64,000 bases of DNA from Candidatus Bathyarchaeota archaeon (GTDB lineage: Archaea; Thermoproteota; Bathyarchaeia; 40CM-2-53-6; RBG-13-38-9): assembly GCA_963807605.1 (NCBI GenBank), contig CAWECG010000003.1:103243-167242 (forward strand), given 5' to 3'. The stretch's first letter is position 1. Each line of letters begins with the position of its first letter. A program made the translations under genes and the position numbers. The notes below the pieces were generated by a model. That model worked only from the letters and a program-made list of their open reading frames with translations. It was not told where the DNA came from and made no database searches. Positions 18,108 through 26,865 of the stretch are shown in pieces.

Positions 18108-18184
18108 AATATTTTGAGTATTAATGTGTACACGAAAGATTAAAATATTTCCTAGAGGTCCAAGAAAGGACAAAAACGTAAAGA

Positions 18185-19564
18185 GTGATACAAATGTCAA
18201 AAAAGACAGTCAAAGTCAACCTGACCACTGATGAGATGCCTAAGAGATGGTACAACATACTACCACACCTTCCTCCAGGCTACCCGCCCCCTCTGGACCC
18301 GAAGACTCTCAAGCCTCTATCGCCAGAACCGCTGTTGAGGCTTTTCGCTAAGGAATGCATCATGCAGGCTGTCTCAACTCAGCCTGAGATAGACATTCCA
18401 GAAGAAGTCCTTGAGACATACATGACAATGGGGAGGCCAACCCCTCTGCAGCGTGCAGCAAGACTAGAGAAACACCTTGGAACACCTGCCAAGATCTATT
18501 TCAAGAGAGAAGACGTCAATCCTGTTGGAAGCCACAAACCGAATACTGCCATACCCCAGGCCTACTACAGCATGAAAGACGGCGCTGAAAGGCTCACAAC
18601 TGAAACGGGAGCTGGACAGTGGGGTTCAGCACTCGCCTTAGCATGTGCTCTTTTCGATTTGGACTTAACTGTGTATATGACAAGGAGCAGCTATCTGAGC
18701 AAGCCGGGCCGAAAAACAATGATAGAGGCCTACGGAGCAAATGTGTTCCCTTCTCCGAGTGACAACACTGAAGTGGGGAGGGAAATGCTCAAGCAGGATC
18801 CAAATCATCCTGGAAGCCTCGGGATAGCTATCAGCGAAGCGGTTGAAGACTGCTTAAAAGATGACAAGACAAAATACTCTCTCGGAAGCGTTCTGGACTT
18901 TGTCTTATTACACCAAAGCATAATCGGACTTGAAGCCAAGAAGCAGATGGAACTTTTTGACGCCTACCCGGATATCGTGATTGGCTGCATCGGCGGCGGA
19001 AGCAACTTTGGAGGCATCAGCTACCCGTTCCTTCATGACAAACTAAAGGGCAAAAGAGACACGAGATTCATCGGAGTCGAACCTTCAGCAGTACCCTCCA
19101 CAACCAAAGGCGTCTATCAATACGACTATGGCGACACATCAGAGCTTACATTTCTGGCCAAGATGTATACTGTAGGACACACTTTCCAATGTCCACCCAT
19201 CCATGCCGGAGGCCTAAGATACCACGGAAAAGCACCAAGCCTGTCCTTCCTGATAAACAAGGGTTTGATTGAGAGCCGCGCTTACGGTCAAAGACAAGCA
19301 ATGGAGGCAGCAGACCTATTCGCCAACACTGAAGGCTTCATAGCTGCACCAGAGACTGCACATGCAATCAAAGCGACCATAGACCTTGCTCTTGAGTGCA
19401 AGAAGACAGGCGAAGAGAAGGCGATACTCTTCAACTATAGCGGCCACGGACTTCTCGACCTCAGTGTCTACGACGAATACCATGCGAGCACCCTGAAAGA
19501 TTTTGCGGCCACCAAGGAGATGTTGGAGGCTGGGCTTAGGTCACTACCTAAGATCCCTGCCTGA
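18185..19564 (+). CDS. trpB2: TrpB2-type tryptophan synthase beta-like PLP enzyme
   Basis: The N-terminal extension MPKRWYNILPHLP and motifs NPVGSHKPN and GGGSNFGG are characteristic of stand-alone TrpB2. An alternative ATG start is at 18194. Confidence 0.85.
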   Translation: MIQMSKKTVKVNLTTDEMPKRWYNILPHLPPGYPPPLDPKTLKPLSPEPLLRLFAKECIMQAVSTQPEIDIPEEVLETYMTMGRPTPLQRAARLEKHLGTPAKIYFKREDVNPVGSHKPNTAIPQAYYSMKDGAERLTTETGAGQWGSALALACALFDLDLTVYMTRSSYLSKPGRKTMIEAYGANVFPSPSDNTEVGREMLKQDPNHPGSLGIAISEAVEDCLKDDKTKYSLGSVLDFVLLHQSIIGLEAKKQMELFDAYPDIVIGCIGGGSNFGGISYPFLHDKLKGKRDTRFIGVEPSAVPSTTKGVYQYDYGDTSELTFLAKMYTVGHTFQCPPIHAGGLRYHGKAPSLSFLINKGLIESRAYGQRQAMEAADLFANTEGFIAAPETAHAIKATIDLALECKKTGEEKAILFNYSGHGLLDLSVYDEYHASTLKDFAATKEMLEAGLRSLPKIPA

Positions 19565-19658
19565 TCCTCCTTTTTTCTACAGGTATCTAGAGTTTTCACA
19601 ACAATTTCTTTACCAACGAGACTTATAGTCCAACCTCCTTTCGTCTGCATGAGAGCAC

Positions 19659-20309
19659 TTGCTCAAAGACATCCTGCGGGAATGGGATAGAGAAGATCAG
19701 AAACCTCTCCTAACCCGCTTGAAAGGAAAAGTTCTAAGATCTCGCCCACTCAGGGAGCGGATAATATTCTGCATTTACCGCCTCATAATTCAAAAAGACA
19801 GATTGGAGATAGTTATCCTAAAACTCAAGCGGCGTGACGGAGAGATCTTTGGCAAGTGTGTAGAAGCCAAAATGAGAAAAGACGAGGCCAGAGCTTCAAT
19901 CTACGCCGAAGAACGCCATGAAGTCAGAAAGTTATTCAAGATAGTCTACCACTGCAAACTTCGAATTGAGCAAGCAATACTCAGACTTGAGACGATAGAG
20001 ATATTCTCCGGCCTAGCTGCCTCTGTCATCATCCCCATGAGCATCATTAAAGAAATAAGGAGCAAGCTGGCAGGGATTCTACCATCAGTGTCTTCCCAAA
20101 TTGGTCAAATCGCATCCGAACTTGAAAATATCGTCGTGGTCGCAGGGGGAGCAGAACCAAGTAATATCGAAGTCTCAAGTCTTACTGATGAGGCCAGCCT
20201 AATACTTAAACAGGCACAGGCAGTTGTTGAGGAAAAGACTAAGGAAGTCTTCCCCGATCTCCTAGACGAACAAGTCCCAGAGCTAGACCGTGAACTAGAG
20301 CCGGCTTGA
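19659..20309 (+). CDS. cdvB: ESCRT-III / CdvB-family protein (no C-terminal winged-helix)
   Basis: Collinear with my recollection of Sulfolobus CdvB: QKDRLEIVILKLKRRDGEIFGKCVEA...DEARASIYAEERHEVRKLFKIVYHCKLRIEQAILRLETIEIF...IIPMSIIKEIRSKLAGILPSVSS, with an acidic C-terminal tail. TTG start. Confidence 0.75.
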   Translation: MLKDILREWDREDQKPLLTRLKGKVLRSRPLRERIIFCIYRLIIQKDRLEIVILKLKRRDGEIFGKCVEAKMRKDEARASIYAEERHEVRKLFKIVYHCKLRIEQAILRLETIEIFSGLAASVIIPMSIIKEIRSKLAGILPSVSSQIGQIASELENIVVVAGGAEPSNIEVSSLTDEASLILKQAQAVVEEKTKEVFPDLLDEQVPELDRELEPA

Positions 20310-20549
20310 ATGCAGAAGAAGCACACGATCTCTTAGAGCCGTCGGTAAAAAGTGACTGCTGGCTGGTTTTGCAGTTTTGAAGCGCTATTTTTTTGCGTGA
20401 ATGTGAATAGCGCTCGCGCAAACCTAGAATAACGCCGACTCAGAACGTTGCTCATCCCAACTTGGCTTGAACGCATTGAATCTTCACAAGAAATCACAGT
20501 CGCTCTTAACTCAATCTTTAAGAATTAGAAGCTTCTTCTTCAAGGAGTC

Positions 20550-21641
20550 ATGTCCTCTTATGATGGTTTAGTGAAGAACGTTCTTTCCACCACTCTTGGC
20601 ATTCAGTCAGGTGACGATGTTATCGTCGAAACATGGGATCATGGTCTCCCAATCGCGGATGCTTTCATCTATCATTTGCGTGAGCTGGGTGCGCGTCCGA
20701 TGCTTCTGTTTGAGCATGAGGAGGCATTCTGGAAACGTGCCGAGTCTCTTTCGGGCGATGTGCTGGGAAAGGTTGGTGAACATGAATGGGCTGCAATGGA
20801 GAAGGCAAAGGGATATGTATTCATCCCTGGACCTGCGAACTTCACAAAAGTCTGGAAGAACATTTCAAAGTTCCATGCCGCTGTTAGTTACAATCAGGAA
20901 TGGTATGAAAGGGCTAAACGTTGCCGCTTGAAGGCAGCGCGAATTGCATTGGGCTATGCTTCTCGGGAACGCGCCCGAGGCTCCAATATTTCATTTACTG
21001 CTTGGCAGCGTATGCTACTCGCCGCTTCTAACATCGACTATGAAGCGCTTAAAGATAAGATGGGGAAGGTTGCTGCTTTGCTTCGTAATGGTCAAGTCCA
21101 TATCACGGCTCCCAATGGGACGGACCTGAATCTACGATTGGCAGGTCGAGATGCTTACCCGGAAGATTGCATAGTTGACAACGATGACTTAGACCATGGG
21201 CGAAACACAGCTAACATACCAGGCGGCAACCTGTTAGTGTGTCCTGACGAGAATTATGCGGACGGAACCATAGTCTTTGATAGACCAACTCCCTACATGG
21301 GCAAATGGGTTAACGGAATCCGCTTTGACTTCAAGAACGGAACATTGAATGAGCATCGAGCCCGTTTGAACGCGAATGTTCTGAAAGCGAGCTATGAGAA
21401 AGCTACAGGCGAAAAAGACAAAGTTGCAGTTCTAGGAATAGGATTGAACCCAAAGGCACGGCTCGGATTCTTACAAGACAACATCTGCGCAGGAGCCATA
21501 ACTGTTGGAATTGGTGGCAATGATGATGTGGGAGGCGCGAACAAAACGAACTTCTACTTTCCAGGCGTAATAACGAAAGCGACACTAACCATCGACGACA
21601 ACACCATCATCCAAAACGGGAAAGTCACTCTAACCTCCTAA
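20550..21641 (+). CDS. M29-family aminopeptidase (AmpS/aminopeptidase T-like)
   Basis: 363 aa with an N-terminal L...GIQSGDDVIVET pattern and typical M29 length. ATG is preceded by AAGGAG. Confidence 0.75.
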   Translation: MSSYDGLVKNVLSTTLGIQSGDDVIVETWDHGLPIADAFIYHLRELGARPMLLFEHEEAFWKRAESLSGDVLGKVGEHEWAAMEKAKGYVFIPGPANFTKVWKNISKFHAAVSYNQEWYERAKRCRLKAARIALGYASRERARGSNISFTAWQRMLLAASNIDYEALKDKMGKVAALLRNGQVHITAPNGTDLNLRLAGRDAYPEDCIVDNDDLDHGRNTANIPGGNLLVCPDENYADGTIVFDRPTPYMGKWVNGIRFDFKNGTLNEHRARLNANVLKASYEKATGEKDKVAVLGIGLNPKARLGFLQDNICAGAITVGIGGNDDVGGANKTNFYFPGVITKATLTIDDNTIIQNGKVTLTS

Positions 21642-21704
21642 CAACCAACATTGTCATAAACAAATCGTTCGTCGTGTTCGTATTACCAATTTCAACTATA
21701 GTAG

Positions 21705-22244
21705 CTAACTTAAGTATTTGACTATATTTAATCTGAATCTCTTTGTTCTCAGCGTCTTTGAGATCTCTTTCTTCATGGCTTCGAATGTCGGATGGATGTG
21801 GTTGGCTTGTATGATGTCCTTGCTCTGTCTCCAGCATTCCTCGATGGGGTTGAGTTCCGGCCTGGCTGAGGGGAACCACTTGACATTTATGCAGCTGCGA
21901 TTTTTGCGCAGCCACCGTTGGACACGTCGGTTGCGGTGATGGGGTACAGACTTATCTAGAAAGATAAGGAATACGCCGAACTTTCGTTTAAGCACCCTCA
22001 TGTAGGCGAGGAAGCTTTCACCGTTTATCGCATCGTACTGCCGGAAGAGCTGCCTACTGTCGAGGGAGACGGCGCCGAAGAGGCAGGTGCGACGGTGGGA
22101 ACCCGTTGTCAATACCATGGGCGTGCGTCCCCTCTTGGCCCACACGTAGCGGGAGACAGAGTCGTAGAGGAAGATGGACTCGTCCTCGCATAATACCGTC
22201 CAACCGTTCCTTTCCGCCTCTTTTACCGCTTTTTTCGCCCTTTT
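21705..22244 (-). CDS. IS630 transposase, downstream -1 frame (DDE catalytic part; OrfAB fusion expected)
   Basis: This frame is open from 22244. Hand translation upstream of the track ATG gives KRAKKAVKEAERNGWTVLCEDESIFLYDSVSRYVWAKRGRTP..., with DDE motifs LCEDES, IFLDKS and ELNPIEECW. The stop lies inside the left IR. Confidence 0.75.
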   Translation of the reverse strand, partial: KRAKKAVKEAERNGWTVLCEDESIFLYDSVSRYVWAKRGRTPMVLTTGSHRRTCLFGAVSLDSRQLFRQYDAINGESFLAYMRVLKRKFGVFLIFLDKSVPHHRNRRVQRWLRKNRSCINVKWFPSARPELNPIEECWRQSKDIIQANHIHPTFEAMKKEISKTLRTKRFRLNIVKYLS

Positions 22245-22717
22245 TTAAAACGGTTGACCTCTTCGTCTGAGGCAGCGTTGACGTGCCTTCTGTCTGGTCG
22301 CTTTCTTGAAAGCCCCCACGAGTGGAGGAGACGGGTGATGTGCATGAGCGAGTACCGGACGCCGGTCTGCTCATGAACAAGCTTCAGGACCTCCGTGGCG
22401 GTGGTGTACTCCTTCCCCTTCACGATTCTCTTTATGCACTCCATCTCCATGCTGGAGATTTTCTGAGGTCTTCCAGACTTGGGCTTATTACGTAGACCGG
22501 GAAGCCCTTCCTTCTGGAAGCGGTACTTCCAGTAGAGGACCTTGGAGTGGGGACAATTATGCTCCCTACCCACATCGTAGGAGGAGAGGCCGTCCAAAAG
22601 CTTCAGCACCATCAGAATCCTCTCTTTGACCTTCAGGTTCTTTTCGGCTCTCCACGCCTCTTCCAGAACTGACCTATCCATGCAATCCTGAATGCCTGAT
22701 GTTACATAAATAGTCAA
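22223..22717 (-). CDS. IS630 transposase, upstream frame (HTH DNA-binding part, OrfA)
   Basis: HTH/homeodomain-like N-terminus (GLSSYDVGREHNCPHSKVLYWKYRFQKEGLPGL...SGRPQKIS). Ends at TAA 22223-22225 just after a slippery run. Confidence 0.8.
   Translation of the reverse strand: MTIYVTSGIQDCMDRSVLEEAWRAEKNLKVKERILMVLKLLDGLSSYDVGREHNCPHSKVLYWKYRFQKEGLPGLRNKPKSGRPQKISSMEMECIKRIVKGKEYTTATEVLKLVHEQTGVRYSLMHITRLLHSWGLSRKRPDRRHVNAASDEEVNRFKKGRKKR
22229..22235 (-). promoter_or_regulatory. putative -1 programmed ribosomal frameshift heptamer A_AAA_AAG
   Basis: Minus-strand sequence cga aaa aag cgg taa. The heptamer is in X_XXY_YYZ register in the OrfA frame and lies inside the 19-nt window (22226-22244) where both frames are open. 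Confidence 0.55.
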
Positions 22718-22752
22718 CTACTTTAGTTAGTCACTATAGTATGCATGGTGTT

Positions 22753-23517
22753 TTATTTTGGTAATGAAATGTGTTCGTTCACCGTGGCGCCGCCTTCTAG
22801 CGCGTGCTTCTGCCCCGTAACAATCAATCCTGTGGTCACGGTTCTTACTTCTGATCCGCTTAACCTTGTTTGACCGAGTATTGATTGGATCTCTTCAGGA
22901 ACATAGGACGCGTTTATCGACGAGATTAGGCCGGGTCTTATTTCCCTTGGTTTCGTGATAAAGTACATGAGCCACTTCATCAGCGGATTTAAGTCTCGAC
23001 GGAGATCGCTGATCAGATACCTTCCTCCAGGTTTCAAGACCCTGTAGAGCTCGTCGAATATCATATTCGGTTCCGACCATTCATGAAGTGAACCATTCGT
23101 AAACACACCATCGAAGGTGTTGTCTTCAAAAGGCATATTCCGTGCATCACCCTTTACGTATTTGATCCTGCCCTGCAATCCATATTCCTTGGCGTTCCTC
23201 TCTGCAATCTGTATCATGTCTGGACTGATTTCTAAAGCCTCTAGCTTTGTTCCATTCGTCTTCCTCAACCATTCGAGCCCCAGATAGCCGGGTCCAGGAC
23301 CTACCTCAAGCGCCAAACCCTGCTCTATGCCTGTCTTGAGTACAAGGTCGGTCTCAATCCAGCCTCTGTCTCTCATCCGCCTCATGAAACGATCGTAAGT
23401 TTCGACGTTGAATTCTCCTTGTATCCCCTCATTCGTCTCTACAATTCTAGGCTTTACCACTGAAACTCCTCCCCTCTCATACACTACACGCGCACATAAA
23501 TTACCAAGAATTAGCAA
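22753..23517 (-). CDS. class I SAM-dependent methyltransferase
   Basis: Motif I LEVGPGPGYLG, followed by DARNMPFEDNTFDGVF and LKPGGRYL. Confidence 0.8.
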   Translation of the reverse strand: MLILGNLCARVVYERGGVSVVKPRIVETNEGIQGEFNVETYDRFMRRMRDRGWIETDLVLKTGIEQGLALEVGPGPGYLGLEWLRKTNGTKLEALEISPDMIQIAERNAKEYGLQGRIKYVKGDARNMPFEDNTFDGVFTNGSLHEWSEPNMIFDELYRVLKPGGRYLISDLRRDLNPLMKWLMYFITKPREIRPGLISSINASYVPEEIQSILGQTRLSGSEVRTVTTGLIVTGQKHALEGGATVNEHISLPK

Positions 23518-23522
23518 GAAAG

Positions 23523-23542
23523 CTCCCTGCTTCAGCAGGGAG
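23523..23542 (+). other. perfect 8-bp stem / 4-nt loop hairpin CTCCCTGC-TTCA-GCAGGGAG (candidate IS200/IS605 left-end subterminal hairpin)
   Basis: Read directly from the sequence, 72 nt upstream of the tnpB ATG. IS200/IS605 ends are defined by such hairpins rather than by inverted repeats. Confidence 0.45.
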
Positions 23543-23613
23543 ATGAATTACGCTCCAGACAGAATGTTTGAGGTTTAAACGTCTGGCACTCCAATATTAA
23601 TATTGGTAGTTTC

Positions 23614-24870
23614 ATGCGGAGAACTAACACCTTCATCCTTGCCCCAACAATGGAGCAAGAAAGAACACTGAGGGATAGAGCTACCAACTGTGCTAAACTT
23701 TGGAACGAGGTAACCTACCGCAGAAGAGAGGCATACATGAACTATCAACCAATAGATTGGAGATGCAAAGACCTCTACCAGAAATATGCATCACTGATTG
23801 ATTCAGCGACAGCACAGCAAATCATCAGGAAGAGCAACGAGGCTTGGAGAAGCTTCTTCGCATTGAAGCAGTTGAAGCGAGAGGGTAAACTCCCACCAAA
23901 TATTGAGAGGGTTTGCTTGCCCGGCTACTGGAAGCGAGATGGAAAATACAAGCTAATGATGGTTCTAAGAAACAACATCTATAGTGTAAAGGATGGAGCG
24001 ATGAAGCTACCAAAGAAGTTGAAGATACCCATCCGAGGCAAGCCGAGATGGAGTGGGAAGCAGGGAAAGGCCGAGGTCATCTATGATGAGGTTGATGGGA
24101 AGTGGCGTGTCTTTCAGGCTGTAAAGGTTAGGCCATTATTCAAGCCGAGAGGCTCCAAGACATGCTACATCGACCCCGGCATAATCAACCTGTTCACCAT
24201 CTGGCTTGAAGGATGGAGGCAACCGATAGCATACAGTGGGAGAAATCTACTCTCTGATTGGTGGTACTGGAATAGGAGAATAGCGGATTGTCAGAGCATA
24301 CTTGAGACAATCAACGGCAAGAAAAGTTCGAAGAGACTAAGCATCCTCTACAGGATGAGACAACGGAGATTCAGGCAAGCAGTCAACACCATGATAAGAA
24401 GCATGGTAAGAGACCTCTATGATCTCGGTGTTTCAAAGATTATGATAGGAGATCTGACAGGCATCAGAGAGAACAATGGAGAGAATAGTCACAAGACCAA
24501 CTCAATGATTCATAACTTCTGGAGTTTCAACTACATTGTTCAAAGGCTAAGGTGTACGGCACAGGAATATGGCATCCGAGTCAAAGAGGTCAGCGAATAC
24601 AAGACCTCAAGCAGATGCATAAGATGCAGATCAGAGAACATTGAGAGAAAAGGAAGGCTCTTCAAATGCTTGGAGTGTGGGATGGAAGCTCACAGGGATG
24701 CTATTGGAGTCTTGAACATGGCAAACCTCTACGGAGGAACAGCTATCAGGGTGATGACACACCCTAACCTTCTAAAGTGGGATGGAATGAAGTGGGAGGC
24801 TAGAAGGCCTGTGAATACTGGACCGTTGAACACTATAGAAGCTAGAATCACCCGAGCTTCAACTGGGTGA
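23614..24870 (+). CDS. tnpB: IS200/IS605-family TnpB (OrfB) RuvC-like RNA-guided nuclease, no adjacent tnpA
   Basis: 418 aa. Split-RuvC motifs (YIDPGIINL, IMIGDL, AHRDAIGVLNMA) and a zinc ribbon (SSRCIRCRS...FKCLECGMEAHRD). Confidence 0.9.
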   Translation: MRRTNTFILAPTMEQERTLRDRATNCAKLWNEVTYRRREAYMNYQPIDWRCKDLYQKYASLIDSATAQQIIRKSNEAWRSFFALKQLKREGKLPPNIERVCLPGYWKRDGKYKLMMVLRNNIYSVKDGAMKLPKKLKIPIRGKPRWSGKQGKAEVIYDEVDGKWRVFQAVKVRPLFKPRGSKTCYIDPGIINLFTIWLEGWRQPIAYSGRNLLSDWWYWNRRIADCQSILETINGKKSSKRLSILYRMRQRRFRQAVNTMIRSMVRDLYDLGVSKIMIGDLTGIRENNGENSHKTNSMIHNFWSFNYIVQRLRCTAQEYGIRVKEVSEYKTSSRCIRCRSENIERKGRLFKCLECGMEAHRDAIGVLNMANLYGGTAIRVMTHPNLLKWDGMKWEARRPVNTGPLNTIEARITRASTG

Positions 24871-24873
24871 GTG

Positions 24874-25356
24874 TCAAGAGCTGTTGTGCGAATATACGGA
24901 GATTCTCCAATTCCTAGAACCTTCGGGAACAATCGAACTAAAAGTTCGGATGGTGTGGGTGATGGCTTTGTCCATTTTTTTGCGCTCCTCCGGTATGAGT
25001 TTTCTAGGAGACGTAACTATCAACCTGCCTTTGCAGAAATGTTTGGGACCTATTGAGTACACTTCAACTGTTTCTGCTCGGTATTGGTGACCATTACGTT
25101 GTTTCGTCCACATCTCAAGATCTCGTTCAATATTCTCCACACGCCGCCTACCCGTATCTGTAATGCTGTATTTTCCGTCTACTTTCCGAGCCATCGTGGG
25201 AATGAAACGCTTGAGGTGTTCTGCCAGCGTTCTGGAGGATACTGAAGACTTCTCCTGGAGTTCATTGAAGCCTATGGGTGTATCTTCTGAAGCCGGTCCG
25301 CTTAGCACTCGATATTCTGCCTTCAGGTGCTTCTGCATATTCGGTAGTCCTCTCAT
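24874..25356 (-). CDS. winged-helix DNA-binding protein (hypothetical)
   Basis: wHTH-like segment IGFNELQEKSSVSSRTLAEHLKRFIPTMARKVDGKYSITDTG. Its stop is only 3 nt from the tnpB stop, in convergent orientation. Confidence 0.5.
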   Translation of the reverse strand: MRGLPNMQKHLKAEYRVLSGPASEDTPIGFNELQEKSSVSSRTLAEHLKRFIPTMARKVDGKYSITDTGRRRVENIERDLEMWTKQRNGHQYRAETVEVYSIGPKHFCKGRLIVTSPRKLIPEERKKMDKAITHTIRTFSSIVPEGSRNWRISVYSHNSS

Positions 25357-25413
25357 ATGTCAACCCTCCATTTCTCTACTTTTATCATCAAGTAAAGTAA
25401 TAATGGAGGAATT

Positions 25414-25950
25414 GTGGATTTGACTGAACAAACCCTACCCAATAAATGGATTACTATTAATGATTGGGAGCGGAGCCTTGGATCTGCTGGCATGGATTGG
25501 CTAGTGAATACTGTGAACTATCTACATAAGACTGTCAACCTTCGACTTCGTCAGACTGCCATCGATATCTGGTGTGTAGGCAGAGTTCTAGCAAGGGAGA
25601 AGGAGTTGGTTGGGCATGGGAATTGGATGGACCACTGTAGGTGCTTTCACCCAGAGATCTCTCTTGATTCAATCGAGCGCTACATGAAGGTGGGTCAGAT
25701 CTCAACAGACCAACTGCCAGCCTTATTGGACAAGACACCACAGCAGGCTTATACGATGCTGAGCCTGGCCAGGAAGAGATCATCTCTCCCCGCCCAGCCA
25801 GTAAAACAGGATAGAAGCAAAGCAAATTCCGCATACATGCGGAATTTCGAGGAGCGCTCCTGGAAAAGCGCTCTGACCGAGTGTCCGTACTGTTATAGAA
25901 GAATCAAGTTTGAGACTCAAGGCACTTGCGTGATTGCGAGACGTTTGTAA
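25414..25950 (+). CDS. hypothetical protein, DUF3102-like (mobile-element associated), C-terminal CxxC
   Basis: The pattern IDIWCVGRVLAREKELVGHGNWMDHC...SIERYMKV resembles the DUF3102 core (G..L...K..l.HG.W..W). This is a weak call. Confidence 0.4.
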   Translation: MDLTEQTLPNKWITINDWERSLGSAGMDWLVNTVNYLHKTVNLRLRQTAIDIWCVGRVLAREKELVGHGNWMDHCRCFHPEISLDSIERYMKVGQISTDQLPALLDKTPQQAYTMLSLARKRSSLPAQPVKQDRSKANSAYMRNFEERSWKSALTECPYCYRRIKFETQGTCVIARRL

Positions 25951-26046
25951 ACCCTGAGCCTTCAACATATGCTGGCAGGGCACGGTTGACTAGAACCGTC
26001 GAATGACCAATGGGACCTAGTTCGAGGAACTGCAACAAATATTTGA

Positions 26047-26055
26047 GCGCGCGCG
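26047..26055. repeat. alternating-GC element GCGCGCGCG
   Basis: Lies between the stop at 25950 and the likely methyltransferase start at 26088, inside the improbable N-terminal extension of track ORF 26010. Confidence 0.85.
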
Positions 26056-26087
26056 TAAAAGGTTCCAATATTGGATGTGAACACATA

Positions 26088-26825
26088 ATGAGTCGTTGCG
26101 ACGGCAGGGCCTGGAAGTCTCCTGTTCTAGTGGAAAAATATCTTAAATGGGTTAGGAAAGCCGTACCTTTGAGTCCAGTTCAAATTGAGATGATGATGAG
26201 AGTCATATCTTCCAGGGAAGGTGGTGTCCATAGCTTTCTAGATCTCGGTTGTGGGAATGGGATACTCGCCGCTGCGATTCTTCATTGCTTTCCAAAAGCT
26301 AAGGGCGTATTGCTTGACTTCTCTCTTCCAATGATTGAAGCCGCTCAAAGGAAGCTCAGAACATTTTCGCGCGCGTTAGAATATGTAATTGCTGATTATG
26401 GGGATCCTGGATGGATAGATTCTGTTGCCAGCTCCGTTCCATTTGATGTCGTTGTGTCAGGCTTTTCAATCCATCATCAACAGGATCGCCGCAAACAAAC
26501 ACTCTACAACGAGATCTACAAGGTATTGAAGCCGGGTGGAATATTTCTGAATCTTGATCATGTCTCCTCGCCCACAAAATGGGTGAAAACCCTCTTTGAC
26601 AATTACTTTATTGATTCTCTTCATTCTGTACTTGCAAAGAAGGGGTTCCGGAGGAGTCGAGAGCAGATTGTGAGTGAGTATTATGAACGCCCCGACAAAG
26701 CAGCCAACATACTTGCACCAGTCGAGGTGCAATGCCATTGGCTTCGACAGATAGGGTTTGAGGATGTGGACTGTTACTTCAAGGTGTTTGAGTTGGCTCT
26801 CTTTGGTGGAAGACGACCACTATAG
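26088..26825 (+). CDS. class I SAM-dependent methyltransferase
   Basis: Motif I FLDLGCGNGILA, followed by VVSGFSIHH and LKPGGIFL. I prefer ATG 26088 over the track start at 26010. Confidence 0.8.
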   Translation: MSRCDGRAWKSPVLVEKYLKWVRKAVPLSPVQIEMMMRVISSREGGVHSFLDLGCGNGILAAAILHCFPKAKGVLLDFSLPMIEAAQRKLRTFSRALEYVIADYGDPGWIDSVASSVPFDVVVSGFSIHHQQDRRKQTLYNEIYKVLKPGGIFLNLDHVSSPTKWVKTLFDNYFIDSLHSVLAKKGFRRSREQIVSEYYERPDKAANILAPVEVQCHWLRQIGFEDVDCYFKVFELALFGGRRPL

Positions 26826-26865
26826 CGCCGGCAGAAGTGGAGGGCAATACGCGACGTTATGGTGA

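Larger units (their letters stand above)
21699..22736 (-). mobile_element. IS630-family insertion sequence (1038 bp) with ~27-bp imperfect terminal inverted repeats and a TA target-site duplication
   Basis: Left end TAGTAGCTAACTTAAGTATTTGACTAT (from 21699) against the reverse complement of the right end TAGTGACTAACTAAAGTAGTTGACTAT (to 22736): 23/27 identical. TA at 21697-21698 and at 22737-22738. Inserted in the aminopeptidase/methyltransferase intergenic region. Confidence 0.8.

Noticed and set aside
22054-22380. Third-frame ORF (108 aa) inside the IS630 element.
   Set aside because: It overlaps both transposase frames and has no recognisable motif. It is explained as a by-product of the OrfA/OrfB overlap region.
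26010-26087. N-terminal extension of the methyltransferase ORF (MGPSSRNCNKYLSARVKGSNIGCEHI).
   Set aside because: It contains the (GC)4.5 intergenic element and has no homology-like content. ATG 26088 gives a normal methyltransferase N-terminus.
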